Assembly: GCA_963695855.1 (NCBI GenBank)
Contig: CAVOHZ010000003.1
Coordinates: 224,001 to 288,000 of the forward strand
DNA: 64,000 nt
Reading direction: 5' to 3'
From: an uncultured Nitrososphaerales archaeon
GTDB taxonomy: Archaea; Thermoproteota; Nitrososphaeria; Nitrososphaerales; Nitrososphaeraceae
This document shows, one piece after another, positions 54,163 through 64,000 of this stretch; the stretch's first letter is position 1, and each line of letters begins with the position of its first letter. The notes under the pieces are model-generated. The model was given only the letters and a program-made list of their open reading frames with translations, was not told the DNA's origin and searched no databases. The position numbers and the translations under genes are program-made.

Positions 54163-54375
54163 ACATAATAATTAATAATGAACCCAGATAAAAATCTAAT
54201 AATGATTTATCATTTAAAATAACGTAACCAATTCCTATTCTATTATTAAAATTAAAACGGATTTAAAATCTATTTAAATTAAAGATGAGAAAAGTGAACA
54301 GTGGCTAGTTATTATATTTTATATAGAAATTAGTGTTTTTATTCTTGATGATTTCAATTGACGATTAATTGCAAA

Positions 54376-54822
54376 TTAAAACCATTGACTTATGAAAATC
54401 ATTATTCCAAGGGTAATGGAGAGTAAGGCAAAAAGAAAATATGGAAGAAAATGCAAATTATTAACAAATTGCCTTTTGTTCATTTTTAAGACAATATTTC
54501 TCTTCCTACTTCGAAATACTACTATGACATAAACAGGAATCGAAAATGTTCCTCCTATTAGTATCGTTTGGCCACGAGACGAACTAAATAAATTAAAAAA
54601 ATCGAAATTAAAAGTTATAAGAATTAAAAAAATTCCAGAAATTATTGTAATTGTAGAAATAAATATCACAAATCTATGTACCCTAGGCAAAAGGGAAGAA
54701 AATATTCCCTTCTTATTTACTGGACTCAATATAAAGACAACAAAAAAAGTAATTCCCCACCATAATATACCTGAAAGAAAATGAATAAAGGATATCATAA
54801 AATTGAATGTATCTCCAATCAT
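54376..54822 (-). CDS. four-TM membrane protein (CopD-like pattern)
   Basis: FIHFLSGILWWG, TIISG motifs. Confidence 0.7.
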   Translation of the reverse strand: MIGDTFNFMISFIHFLSGILWWGITFFVVFILSPVNKKGIFSSLLPRVHRFVIFISTITIISGIFLILITFNFDFFNLFSSSRGQTILIGGTFSIPVYVIVVFRSRKRNIVLKMNKRQFVNNLHFLPYFLFALLSITLGIMIFISQWF

Positions 54823-55092
54823 TTAGAAAATTTAAAGAATCTTCAATTTATTCTTAAAGGTTTAATGATTAGTGAAAAATTTTAAAATAAGCAAAAATAA
54901 TGAGAGTTAACCAGAAATATTTAAGCAAAGAATACTTACCTAGAGATAAATTTTGACTGATATAAGAATTTATCAAAATGCATCTTTGGAGTATCGTCGA
55001 AGAAATATTCTATTTTAGTAAATGATGATATATATTTCAAAATATCTTTTTTTTCTAAAGTATTCAAATAGTACTTTTCACATTTAATAAAT

Positions 55093-55575
55093 ATGGAAGA
55101 GAAAGAAATAGAAAAAAAATTAGACAACCAGAATGATAAAAATAATGATAATAATGATTCTGATACAAATTCTGTTAAGAATAAAATTACATATAAATCT
55201 GCGAAATTAGAGATCAATGATAAAGGCTCCTTCATAACTGGTAAAAAATTTAAACCTATTAAAAAATTTAATCAAAAATCAAACAAAAGTTCAATAATTG
55301 TACTTGAAAAAATTATCGATTTTTCTGAATTCTTCATGGGGAAAAAAACATATTTTTGTGGAAATCCAGATTGTGGAGTATTGATCCAGTTTCAAAAAAA
55401 ATCTAACCGTCCTGTAGTATGCCAAATGTGTGGCGAAGGTATAGACTGGGAAGGAGAATTTATTAGAAGAATCAAACTTTGTCCTAAATGCAACGAAGAG
55501 TATTATGGAAATGTAAAGTTTTGTAGTTTTCATTATCCACGTGAAGAATTAATTGAAAAAGAAATACCCAAATGA
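55093..55575 (+). CDS. double zinc-ribbon protein
   Basis: CGNPDC, CQMC, CPKC, CSFH. Confidence 0.75.
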   Translation: MEEKEIEKKLDNQNDKNNDNNDSDTNSVKNKITYKSAKLEINDKGSFITGKKFKPIKKFNQKSNKSSIIVLEKIIDFSEFFMGKKTYFCGNPDCGVLIQFQKKSNRPVVCQMCGEGIDWEGEFIRRIKLCPKCNEEYYGNVKFCSFHYPREELIEKEIPK

Positions 55576-55704
55576 ACAAAAAATAGAGTCATTAAAATAA
55601 TTTCAATTTTTTTATTTGAAAACTAGATTTTATACATTATATTCGATTTTTTGTTTTATCTCATCTAAGATAAATTTAATTGTGATAAGCATTGGAAATA
55701 AAAT

Positions 55705-56148
55705 ATGTCTTACAAATTAATTATAGGCAATAATTTTATATTTAATAGTCCAAAAAGAATATTTTTTATGGATAAAGAAATCTTTTCTATAGGTGAGGAT
55801 AGTAATGGAGCTTATGTAGATTCAGAAATTGTAGATAAAAACGGAAAGAATATTCTAAGTATAAAAAAGAATAAATTAGTTTTTTGTATTGAGGATTTTA
55901 AGATAAAAAAAGATAAAAGAGATCACACATTAGTATTAAATAGTCATGGTGAAATAGTTTTAGAATCCAGAGTTTGTGATAAAAAAACTCTGATTGTTAG
56001 TGGGATATTTACATTAGATGAATTTACTTGTACGATAACCCAAAATTACATTTTATTATCGAATGGAAAAAGAATAATGTACAGCAGAGTTGATTCAGAG
56101 AATAAGAACATATGTGTTGGGGATGACGGAATTAAGGTAATTCAGTAA
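55705..56148 (+). CDS. hypothetical beta-rich protein
   Basis: 147-aa ATG ORF. Confidence 0.7.
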   Translation: MSYKLIIGNNFIFNSPKRIFFMDKEIFSIGEDSNGAYVDSEIVDKNGKNILSIKKNKLVFCIEDFKIKKDKRDHTLVLNSHGEIVLESRVCDKKTLIVSGIFTLDEFTCTITQNYILLSNGKRIMYSRVDSENKNICVGDDGIKVIQ

Positions 56149-56593
56149 AATTTCTTAGAATAAAGAGTCTCTTATAGTAAAATCTCATAGGATTATATTG
56201 TTATTTAAACACAAATTTTACCAATAATATATGTAAATTTCTTATTATATTCAATCAGATTAGAAATAGTGATATCAAATATCATCTATTAAGAATTGAT
56301 AAATGATTGTCCTAATTCAATCACTGGTAATCTAATAATCTGTCGTTATTACGAAATAAATGAGCGCATAATACTCTAAGAATATTTCCTCTTTACTCAA
56401 GACTTTGCAGATGGCTATAGGATCTTTTAAGACATATCAAGACGATTTAACAAATCAAATTAAAAAACGACATGATCACAGATTACGATAATAAGGAATC
56501 TGTTTCTTCTTCGTTAGTTTGGAATTACTAATCGAAAGATATTATTCCTTTAGCTCGAGGTTGGTTTAAGATATCGAAAACATATGGTATTAT

Positions 56594-58126
56594 TCAAAAA
56601 GGTGAAATTTTTTTGCCAGGATTCATAATATTTGTGGGATCAAATAATGTTTTTACACTTTTAAATATGTTGGTAACTTCTTGTCCATACATTCTGCTTA
56701 TATAATCTACTCGCCCAAATCCGTCACCATGCTCACCTGAAATAGTTCCTGAAAGAGAAAATACACGACTGAAAACTTCATTAGCTATCTTCCTCATTTT
56801 TTCTGCTTGGACAGCATCACTAATATCGATCAATGGCCTCGTATGAATATTGCCATTTCCCGCATGACCATAAAGCACATAATCCATTTTGTATTTTCTA
56901 TAAAGCAGGATTAAGAATTGAAGGAAGTCAAAGAGATCATTTGGGTTAACAACAGTATCCTCTATTAATCCAATAGGTTTTCGACTGCCAACAGTAATTT
57001 TCATTATATTATTGAGGGCCCTCCTTCTAGAATTCCATATACGTTCTGTACTAGTGCTATCAAATGAAGTTTCTATTATTTCTCCATATTTACACAATTC
57101 ATTTTTGCAATTTGAAAAGTTTGTATCCACATCCCCTTGAATATCTCCACTAAACTCTATTATCAATAATGATCCACCCTTATAATAATCAGCTACAAAT
57201 TGAGTATTTTTCAGGAATCTATTTTCGTAATCTATTACAGAACTGTCTAGTAATTCTAATGCAGATGGAGAATATTTTAAAATTCTTGGAACATGTTTAA
57301 CAGCCTTTAAGACATCATCAAATCCGATTACTACAATATATTTATAGATCGGTATATCTAGGATCCTAAATCGTGCTTGTGAAATCAATCCCAATGTTGA
57401 CTCAGAAGCAGCAAATATTTTTTGAGGATTAAAAATATTATCTTCAATGACAGAATCCAGCCTATAACCGCATGAATTTTTTGTCACCTTAGGATATTTT
57501 AATTTTACAAGATGTAAAACATCCTTAGAAAGTAATTCCAGTAATTTTCTTATTTTATAGTAATTATTATTATATTTTCTGAAAGAACTTATTTTAGATG
57601 AACCTAGTAAATTAACCTCTCCATCAGAATATACAACCTGGACCTGTTCCAAAAAGTCGATTGTACTTCCATTCCCTAATGCATGAATTCCACTTGAATT
57701 GTTTGCAATCATTCCACCTAATGTACAATAATTACTGCTTGATGGGTCTACGGGAAGAATTTTGTTAATTTTTTTTAGTTCTTTATCTAGGACTGCTTTT
57801 ACAATTCCTGGCTGTAATATGACATGGTCTTCTTCTACTTCTATTATTTTATTCATATATTTTGTAAAATCCAATAGGATTCCACTAGTAAGCGATTGAC
57901 CTAAAAGACCTGTACCTGCGCCTCTTGCAGTTATTGGTATATCTTTTGAATAGACTTTTTTAACTATTTCAGATATATCCTGAACATCTTTAACACAAAT
58001 TATTGCTTCTGGCGATAATGAATAATGACTTGCATCAACTGAATAAATTTTTCTACTCCAATCGTCTGATAACACTTCTCCTTTTGCTATTTGTCTTAGT
58101 TCATGTGAAATGTTTAGGTTGTGCAA
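56594..58126 (-). CDS. FAD-linked oxidase/dehydrogenase (GlcD/D-lactate dehydrogenase family)
   Basis: YSVDAS, RGAGT.L.GQ, DPSS...CTLGGMIANN.SG, GHAGNGNIH.RP, SGEHGDG, FDP.NIMNPGK. Confidence 0.9.
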   Translation of the reverse strand: MHNLNISHELRQIAKGEVLSDDWSRKIYSVDASHYSLSPEAIICVKDVQDISEIVKKVYSKDIPITARGAGTGLLGQSLTSGILLDFTKYMNKIIEVEEDHVILQPGIVKAVLDKELKKINKILPVDPSSSNYCTLGGMIANNSSGIHALGNGSTIDFLEQVQVVYSDGEVNLLGSSKISSFRKYNNNYYKIRKLLELLSKDVLHLVKLKYPKVTKNSCGYRLDSVIEDNIFNPQKIFAASESTLGLISQARFRILDIPIYKYIVVIGFDDVLKAVKHVPRILKYSPSALELLDSSVIDYENRFLKNTQFVADYYKGGSLLIIEFSGDIQGDVDTNFSNCKNELCKYGEIIETSFDSTSTERIWNSRRRALNNIMKITVGSRKPIGLIEDTVVNPNDLFDFLQFLILLYRKYKMDYVLYGHAGNGNIHTRPLIDISDAVQAEKMRKIANEVFSRVFSLSGTISGEHGDGFGRVDYISRMYGQEVTNIFKSVKTLFDPTNIMNPGKKISPF

Positions 58127-58687
58127 TCTAGTATAGATATAGAACGATCTAATCTATAAATTATGTTAAAAACTTTCATAAATCTAATCAAATCTGGATT
58201 TTATATAAAGAACAAAATGAAAAATAGCCATATTTCAATTAAATATTCTTAAAAATAGACAAATTTAATGCATTGTTATTTAGTAATTAAAGATTATTTT
58301 AATCCAATAATTGTGGTATTATTTAACATGTAATGAATATAAGGATGTAAAACAGATCCACTAATATACTTGTAAATTGAATGATCGATAACTTTTTAAA
58401 AATTATATAAGTTTTGAAATTTTATATACAGACAGTACATATAAGTATCTTTTAGATTTCTTTACTTGTTGGTACGATATAAAATCGTTAGATTGAGTCT
58501 GATATTAATTAACAGTAAAATAATAATAATTTAATGAATTAGATTCAAATTGAGATCTATTGTTAATCGTATAGTATATTTTTCTATTACACCTTAACAA
58601 TCAAATATAACTATCAATATTATCCTAAAAAAGTATTCTAAAAGAAAACCCGAATATTCAATCATACGGTTTAAGTTTGAAATTAAT

Positions 58688-58909
58688 ATGATTTATTTAA
58701 TGAGGATTAAATACAATAAAAACAAACGAAAGGTTTTTGACAAATATTTGTATGGCTGTCCTTGTTGTCATTTATCTAGATATGTAGTATTAAGTCAAGA
58801 AATACAAGATCCCGCCTATCACAAATATGAATTATATTGTCATGGCTGCAATGTAGTTTTTTCGCCCATGCACGCAGTTTTACCATTTGAGTTCAACAAA
58901 GACAATTAA
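58688..58909 (+). CDS. small zinc-ribbon protein
   Basis: CPCC...CHGC. Confidence 0.6.
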   Translation: MIYLMRIKYNKNKRKVFDKYLYGCPCCHLSRYVVLSQEIQDPAYHKYELYCHGCNVVFSPMHAVLPFEFNKDN

Positions 58910-58978
58910 TCCATATTTTTTTAAGAGCTTATTGCTCTAAATTTTAGTAAAATAAATATTTTATAGTTTTAACTTATA

Positions 58979-59116
58979 TCATTTATTTTTCTTTCTTTTG
59001 TTCAACTGAAGTACCAAATAAGCAGCTCCTCCCCAAAGTAGAAGCGCAAAGAGATGTTGTTGAAAAAACCATGCTACACCTCCAACTACAGCTAATACCA
59101 TTCCCGTAATACCCAT
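58979..59116 (-). CDS. small two-TM membrane protein (not in ORF track)
   Basis: MGITGMVLAVVGGVAWFFQQHLFALLLWGGAAYLVLQLNKRKKNK*. Confidence 0.65.
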   Translation of the reverse strand: MGITGMVLAVVGGVAWFFQQHLFALLLWGGAAYLVLQLNKRKKNK

Positions 59117-59233
59117 GATTTTCTTATTTTTTATCAATTCAATTCTAATAGCATATATTAAATATTAATATACATTTCAAAGTAGTACAAATAGACTGGA
59201 TAATGAATGAAATCATATTAAATAAAAAGAGAG

Positions 59234-60682
59234 TTATATAATAGAATCACTATAAAACCACATGGGGAATCGGTTTCCAAATGTATCACTTTTTTCAATA
59301 TAGTGTCCAAATGACAAGAGTTTTAGATCATCCAAGGGTCTACCTATTAATTGCAAACCTATAGGCATTTTGGTATACCTATTAAAATATAATGGAAGGC
59401 TTAGCGCAGGAAAACCCAAACTATTAAACAGAAATGTATTTCTAAGTAAAGCGTCTCTAATTTCTATTATATTATTTTCAATTCTAACTGTTGTATTATC
59501 TATTTTAGGGGCAGAAATTGTTGTTGTTGGAGTAATCAAAAAATCTAATTTGTTAAAAAAATTTAAAAAATAACGCCTAATTTTGATAACTGTATTAAGT
59601 GATTGATAATATTTTTTCCTTGAAATTACTTTTCCTCTTAACAACATATCCCTAACTTCTGGACTATATGACATTAAAAAATCATTCATTAATTTGGCGT
59701 GAACTCGTGATGATTCGTAGAGTCTAATTGTCTTCCAGCTTTCATAAAATGAATTCATTATTTCATTCATATCAACTTCACAAATTTTTATATTAGAAGA
59801 AGCCAATCCTTTGATAAATTTGGTAAATGTTCTTTTAACCTCCGATTCTAAAAATTCTGTAAAATATTTTTTTGCAACTCCTAGAATAATTATTTTTTTT
59901 GTAAAATTAAAGTCACGATTATGATAGATGTGACCAAATGAAGCAGAAATATTTTTATTATATCCTGTAAATTTTTTATTTCTTAAAACATCAAATATAA
60001 AAAATGAATCCAATGAACTTCTGGTAATGATTCCAACGTGATCAAGTGAAGGAGCTGAGATCAAAAATTCCTCTCATGCTTATCACGCCATACGTAGGTT
60101 TAAATCCAACGACACTACAAAGAGACGCTGGTACTCGCACAGACCCGCCAGTATCTGTGCCTATTGAAAATGGCACAAGACCTGCCGAAACTGCTACGGC
60201 AGACCCACCGCTTGAACCACCAGAGATTCTACTAACGTCCCATGGATTTTTTGTATTTCCAAAAAAAATATTTTTACCGTCAATACCGGAAGCAAATTCA
60301 TTTAAATTGTTTGTCCCCAACAGGATGGCTCCAGCTTTTCTTAGTCTCTTAACCACTGTAGAATCACTGGTGGAAATATTATTTGAAAATATTAGTGATC
60401 CTTTGGTTGATCTTATATCTTTCGCAGAAATATTATCTTTTATTGAAAATGGAATCCCATGTAATGGTCCCAAATAATTCCCTTTTCTAAGTTCATTTTC
60501 CATAACATAAGCATCCTCTAATGCTTGTTCTTTTCTGATCGTAATAAAAGAATTTAATATCGGATTAAATTTTTCAATCCTAGCAACATAATATTTTACT
60601 AATTCTACTACTGATATATTTCCAAATTTGATCGCTTCAGCGAGGTTTTCGATAGTTGAGATCGCGTTAAATTTTTATTCAT
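59234..60682 (-). pseudogene. amidase-signature enzyme, split by two single-base frameshifts
   Basis: GPLHGIPFSIKD, GGSSGGS, GTDTGGSVRVPAS, KPTYG, SLDHVG, P.GLQL; shifts near 60055 and in the T-run at 60672-60676. Confidence 0.85.
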
Positions 60683-60771
60683 CTCTGATTATCTAGAGAT
60701 AAATTATAACTTTACTGTTGTTTCAAAATTAAGTAAAAAAAGAGAGGTAGTAAAATAAGAGAATGAAGTGG

Positions 60772-63237
60772 TCAGGATGTTTTTAGTACTGATGAGATTG
60801 CCAAACTATTTCCTAAACTGAAATCAATTGTCTTTTTTGATTTATTATATAGAGCAATCGCATTTATAGCACTTATTGTCTCATCGTTGCCGGTAATTGG
60901 ATCTTGGCCATCCATGGTATCATCAAAGTTTACAACATATAATGCGTTATCTTTGCTCAAACTCTGTATTTTATTCATCTCTACTAATATGCCCGAATGA
61001 TGACCGCCAGATTTAGATATATGCATCATTACAAATTCTAGGTTAGGATTATCTGGTAGATTCAATGTGGCGCGACCATCCTTTACTTCACATGGATAGA
61101 AATCACCTAATAGAACAGGCGTTTTTGGTCCTATCTTTCCAGTCAATGGAATGGAACTTGTCTGTGTTAAGCATTTACTACTTTTGTATTTGATTATTTT
61201 TTTAGTATGATAATGGTGATGGTCATCATCATGGTCATCATCATGATCATCATCATGATCATCATAATAATAATAATTCTTGTCTCCATCATGGTCATCA
61301 TAATAATAATGCCTGTCTCCATGATCATCGTAATTCTTAATATCATTGAATATTATATCATCAAATTTCTTACCTGCCAGCTGAATAATTGTTGGAGCAA
61401 AGATTTGTTTTACATTTTTTCCTTGGGCAATTTGAGTATTAAATGTTTGTGCAATTTGTTGTATTGTTTTATCGTCTATTTCGCCCGTTGCTTTCATACC
61501 GGCGAGGGCTTCTAGTGACTGACTTACCTCGCCTCCAGGATTAGTTAATATCTCTTTATTCAGTAAATCTTTCAGCTCGTTTGCTTCTCCACCCAATGCC
61601 GCTTGTCCGGAGATTTCTTGTGCTACCTGCTCAACTTTTCCCTCGTTAACTTCAGCTTCTTGTATAATTTCTTGTCCAGACTTTTGTTCTGCTTCTTGAA
61701 CACCAGGGCCTGCAAATTGAGATGAGTCTTGACCGGATAGTTGAGTGGATTCTCCATCATTAACGTCAGACTCTTGGGTAGTTTCTTGTCCAGACTTTTG
61801 TTCTGCTTCTTGAACACCAGGGCCTGCAAATTGAGATGAGTCTTGACCGGATAGTTGAGTGGATTCTCCATCATTAACGTCAGACTCTTGGGTAGTTTCT
61901 TGTCCAGACTTTTGTTCTGCTTCTTGAACACCAGGGCCTGCAAATTGAGATGAGTCTTGACCGGATAGTTGAGTGGATTCTCCATCATTAACGTCAGACT
62001 CTTGATCTGACTTCTGTTTGGATTTTACGTCAGCGTCACCATCTTCGGTAGAAGCTTCTTGTTGAGATCCTTGAAAGACGTCTTGGAAGGATTCTCCATC
62101 ATTAACGTCAGACTCTTGATCTGACTTCTGTTTGGATTTTACGTCAGCGTCACCATCTTCGGTAGAAGCTTCTTGTTGAGATCCTTGAAAGACGTCTTGG
62201 AAGGATTCTCCATCATTAACGTCAGACTCTTGATCTGACTTCTGTTTGGATTTTACGTCAGCGTCACCATCTTCGGTAGAAGCTTCTTGTTGAGATCCTT
62301 GAAAGACGTCTTGGAAGGATTCTCCATCATTAACGTCAGACTCTTGATCTGACTTCTGTTTGGATTTTAAGTCAGCGTCACCATCTTCGGTAGAAGCTTC
62401 TTGTTGAGATCCTTGAAAGACGTCTTGGAAAGATTCTCCATCCTTAACGTCAGACTCTTGATCTGATTTCTGTTTGGATTTTACGTCAGTCTCACCGTCT
62501 TTGCTAGAAGCAAGGTTAAAAATTTCACTAAGAGCCGATCCCGACTCACTTTTTTGTTCTGATTTGAAATCTGATTTTAGAAATTCGTTATTATCCTTTG
62601 AATCTTTTGCTTTATCCGAGTCAGAATCCTGTCCTAGTTCTTGGCCTTCAAACCCAGAACTAAATTGTTCGTCAGATTGAAACCCTTGTCCCTCATCATC
62701 GAAATTAGAATTTCTGTTGTCAGAATCAGAACCAAATCCACTATTAGGTTGAAAATCATTAGAAATCTCGATTCCAGAGTTGGAACCTGAATCGTCGCTG
62801 CCAAAGTCAAAATTTGAATGTGCGCTGCCACCATCGCTGCCACCATCGCTGCCACCATCGCTGCCACCATCGCTGCCACCATCGCTGCCACCATCGCTGC
62901 CACCATCGCTGCCACCATCGCTGCCACCATCGCTGCCACCATCGCTGCCACCATCGCTGCCACCATCGCTGCCACCATCGCTGCCACCATCGCTGCCACC
63001 ATCGCTGCCACCATCGCTGCCACCAGAGTCAGAAGCTGAATCACCATCAGACTCGGCATTAGCTGCCTCAATTAGGGAATTATCCTTGTTAATTGAATAC
63101 AATTCTAATCCAAATTGCATCTGTGAAGGGTATGCTGTAATCATCATGATACAAAGTATACCAAAGAAAATTGTCATTCCATTCTTTTTGGATATTTCAT
63201 AGTTAAGCGTCATTATTAAAAAAATAGTATAAAACAT
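60772..63237 (-). CDS. large secreted acidic low-complexity repeat protein with His/Asp tract and C-terminal beta domain
   Basis: Hydrophobic N-terminus, (GGSD)n, seven 38-aa repeats, HDDD tract, Cys-pair C-domain. Confidence 0.85.
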   Translation of the reverse strand: MFYTIFLIMTLNYEISKKNGMTIFFGILCIMMITAYPSQMQFGLELYSINKDNSLIEAANAESDGDSASDSGGSDGGSDGGSDGGSDGGSDGGSDGGSDGGSDGGSDGGSDGGSDGGSDGGSDGGSDGGSDGGSDGGSAHSNFDFGSDDSGSNSGIEISNDFQPNSGFGSDSDNRNSNFDDEGQGFQSDEQFSSGFEGQELGQDSDSDKAKDSKDNNEFLKSDFKSEQKSESGSALSEIFNLASSKDGETDVKSKQKSDQESDVKDGESFQDVFQGSQQEASTEDGDADLKSKQKSDQESDVNDGESFQDVFQGSQQEASTEDGDADVKSKQKSDQESDVNDGESFQDVFQGSQQEASTEDGDADVKSKQKSDQESDVNDGESFQDVFQGSQQEASTEDGDADVKSKQKSDQESDVNDGESTQLSGQDSSQFAGPGVQEAEQKSGQETTQESDVNDGESTQLSGQDSSQFAGPGVQEAEQKSGQETTQESDVNDGESTQLSGQDSSQFAGPGVQEAEQKSGQEIIQEAEVNEGKVEQVAQEISGQAALGGEANELKDLLNKEILTNPGGEVSQSLEALAGMKATGEIDDKTIQQIAQTFNTQIAQGKNVKQIFAPTIIQLAGKKFDDIIFNDIKNYDDHGDRHYYYDDHDGDKNYYYYDDHDDDHDDDHDDDHHHYHTKKIIKYKSSKCLTQTSSIPLTGKIGPKTPVLLGDFYPCEVKDGRATLNLPDNPNLEFVMMHISKSGGHHSGILVEMNKIQSLSKDNALYVVNFDDTMDGQDPITGNDETISAINAIALYNKSKKTIDFSLGNSLAISSVLKTS
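61207..61335. repeat. His/Asp/Tyr-encoding low-complexity tract (ATC/ATG triplet repeats)
   Basis: Encodes YDDHGDRHYYYDDHDGDKNYYYYDDHDDDHDDDHDDDHHHYH on the minus strand. Confidence 0.85.
61668..62490. repeat. 114-bp tandem repeat, seven units of two subtypes (3 + 4)
   Basis: Period 114 (e.g. 61982 to 62096); both 38-aa subtypes share QESDVNDGES. Confidence 0.92.
62824..63024. repeat. 12-bp perfect tandem repeat GCTGCCACCATC x~17, encodes (GGSD)n
   Basis: Directly visible. Confidence 0.97.
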
Positions 63238-63457
63238 CTATTAAATACCTTTTAGATATTATTTTAGGGAATAATATTCTAATCAAAATATATATAACAT
63301 TACTTTAAATGATTATCACTAAAAATCTCCAGAAATTTATTCCTATGAAAATAGATAAACTCAATTATAGTTTAAAAATAACTCTGGTTTTCCTATTTCA
63401 ATATTTTTAATGTAAATCAATATGATGGTATTTTTAAGTACATTCAATTTTCCATCA

Positions 63458-64000
63458 TTAAACATTTTCGTATTTTATTAAATTATAGTTATACGAAGCG
63501 TTTTGTTCTATATGTTTATATAAAGGTATTTTCTCAGTTCCATTCTTATTTGTCTTTAGAGATGCCATCAATGCGCCTACACCGAAACTCAAAGCCCATA
63601 AGTAATCATTTTCTTTGACATAAGAACAAGTAAATGCAGAAGATAAAATATCACCTGCACCAGTGGAGTCTTTAGTCCTGACATTATCAATACTAAGCCA
63701 ATAATGTTTATCATTATGTAACATATGAACAGTTTTATTCTCGGTGAAAATTAGAAAATTTATTTTATTTTTTAATTTCCATTTTTGTGCTTCAATAAAA
63801 TCTGTAGTTCCAGAAATACACTCAAGCTCATGTGGATCTAATTTTATTGCATCGATATCTTGAAGAGAAAAATCTAATCCTTTTCTGGTTAAAATCCTTC
63901 CCCCACTACCAATATAACGTGTGTATCCTTGAGGGTCTAGCATTACAAAATTATCATCTTTATGAATGATGTAATTCAAAACTTCTTCTGGAACTTCATC
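63458..64000 (-). CDS. PfkB-family carbohydrate kinase, 5' part outside window
   Basis: LDPQG, DSTGAGD anion-hole motif. Confidence 0.85.
   Translation of the reverse strand, partial: DEVPEEVLNYIIHKDDNFVMLDPQGYTRYIGSGGRILTRKGLDFSLQDIDAIKLDPHELECISGTTDFIEAQKWKLKNKINFLIFTENKTVHMLHNDKHYWLSIDNVRTKDSTGAGDILSSAFTCSYVKENDYLWALSFGVGALMASLKTNKNGTEKIPLYKHIEQNASYNYNLIKYENV

Noticed and set aside
62634-63202. ORFs (AAMV)n, (PPSL)n, (RCHH)n, (AATI)n
   Set aside because: Alternative-frame readings of the stop-free 12-bp repeat inside the 821-aa gene

Overview
AT-rich archaeal chromosome segment, most consistent with a soil ammonia-oxidising archaeon (Nitrososphaerales; inferred from gene content such as rpoE'/spt4, rps30e, DUF359, DUF763, nadX-type NAD synthesis, cupredoxin and the style of the secreted proteins). 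1-10.7 kb is core genome (NAD biosynthesis, RNAP/Spt4, Mrp, dephospho-CoA kinase) plus several unannotated Cys-rich microproteins. About 10.8-19.6 kb is an accessory tract: three broken paralogues of one family, a TIR domain joined to a frameshifted OmpA-like/HExxH module, an HTH-coiled-coil gene preceded by a phased TGAC array, and an orphan Dam-type methylase. 20-31 kb holds secreted or surface proteins (NHL propeller, phosphoesterases, GT39). At 31.3-32.7 kb an IS6 unit carries non-coding passenger DNA (repeat array plus a tRNA 3'-end-like motif) and is flanked by a perfect 8-bp target duplication. 33-46 kb contains thiC and proline/ornithine/guanidino-compound catabolic genes. The remainder has a repeat-split LamG-phosphoesterase, a second decayed IS6, an FAD oxidase, a split amidase and a large acidic repeat protein. 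No rRNA, complete tRNA or CRISPR array was seen. Several single-base frameshifts may be assembly errors. All product calls come from motif recognition by eye, with no database searches.
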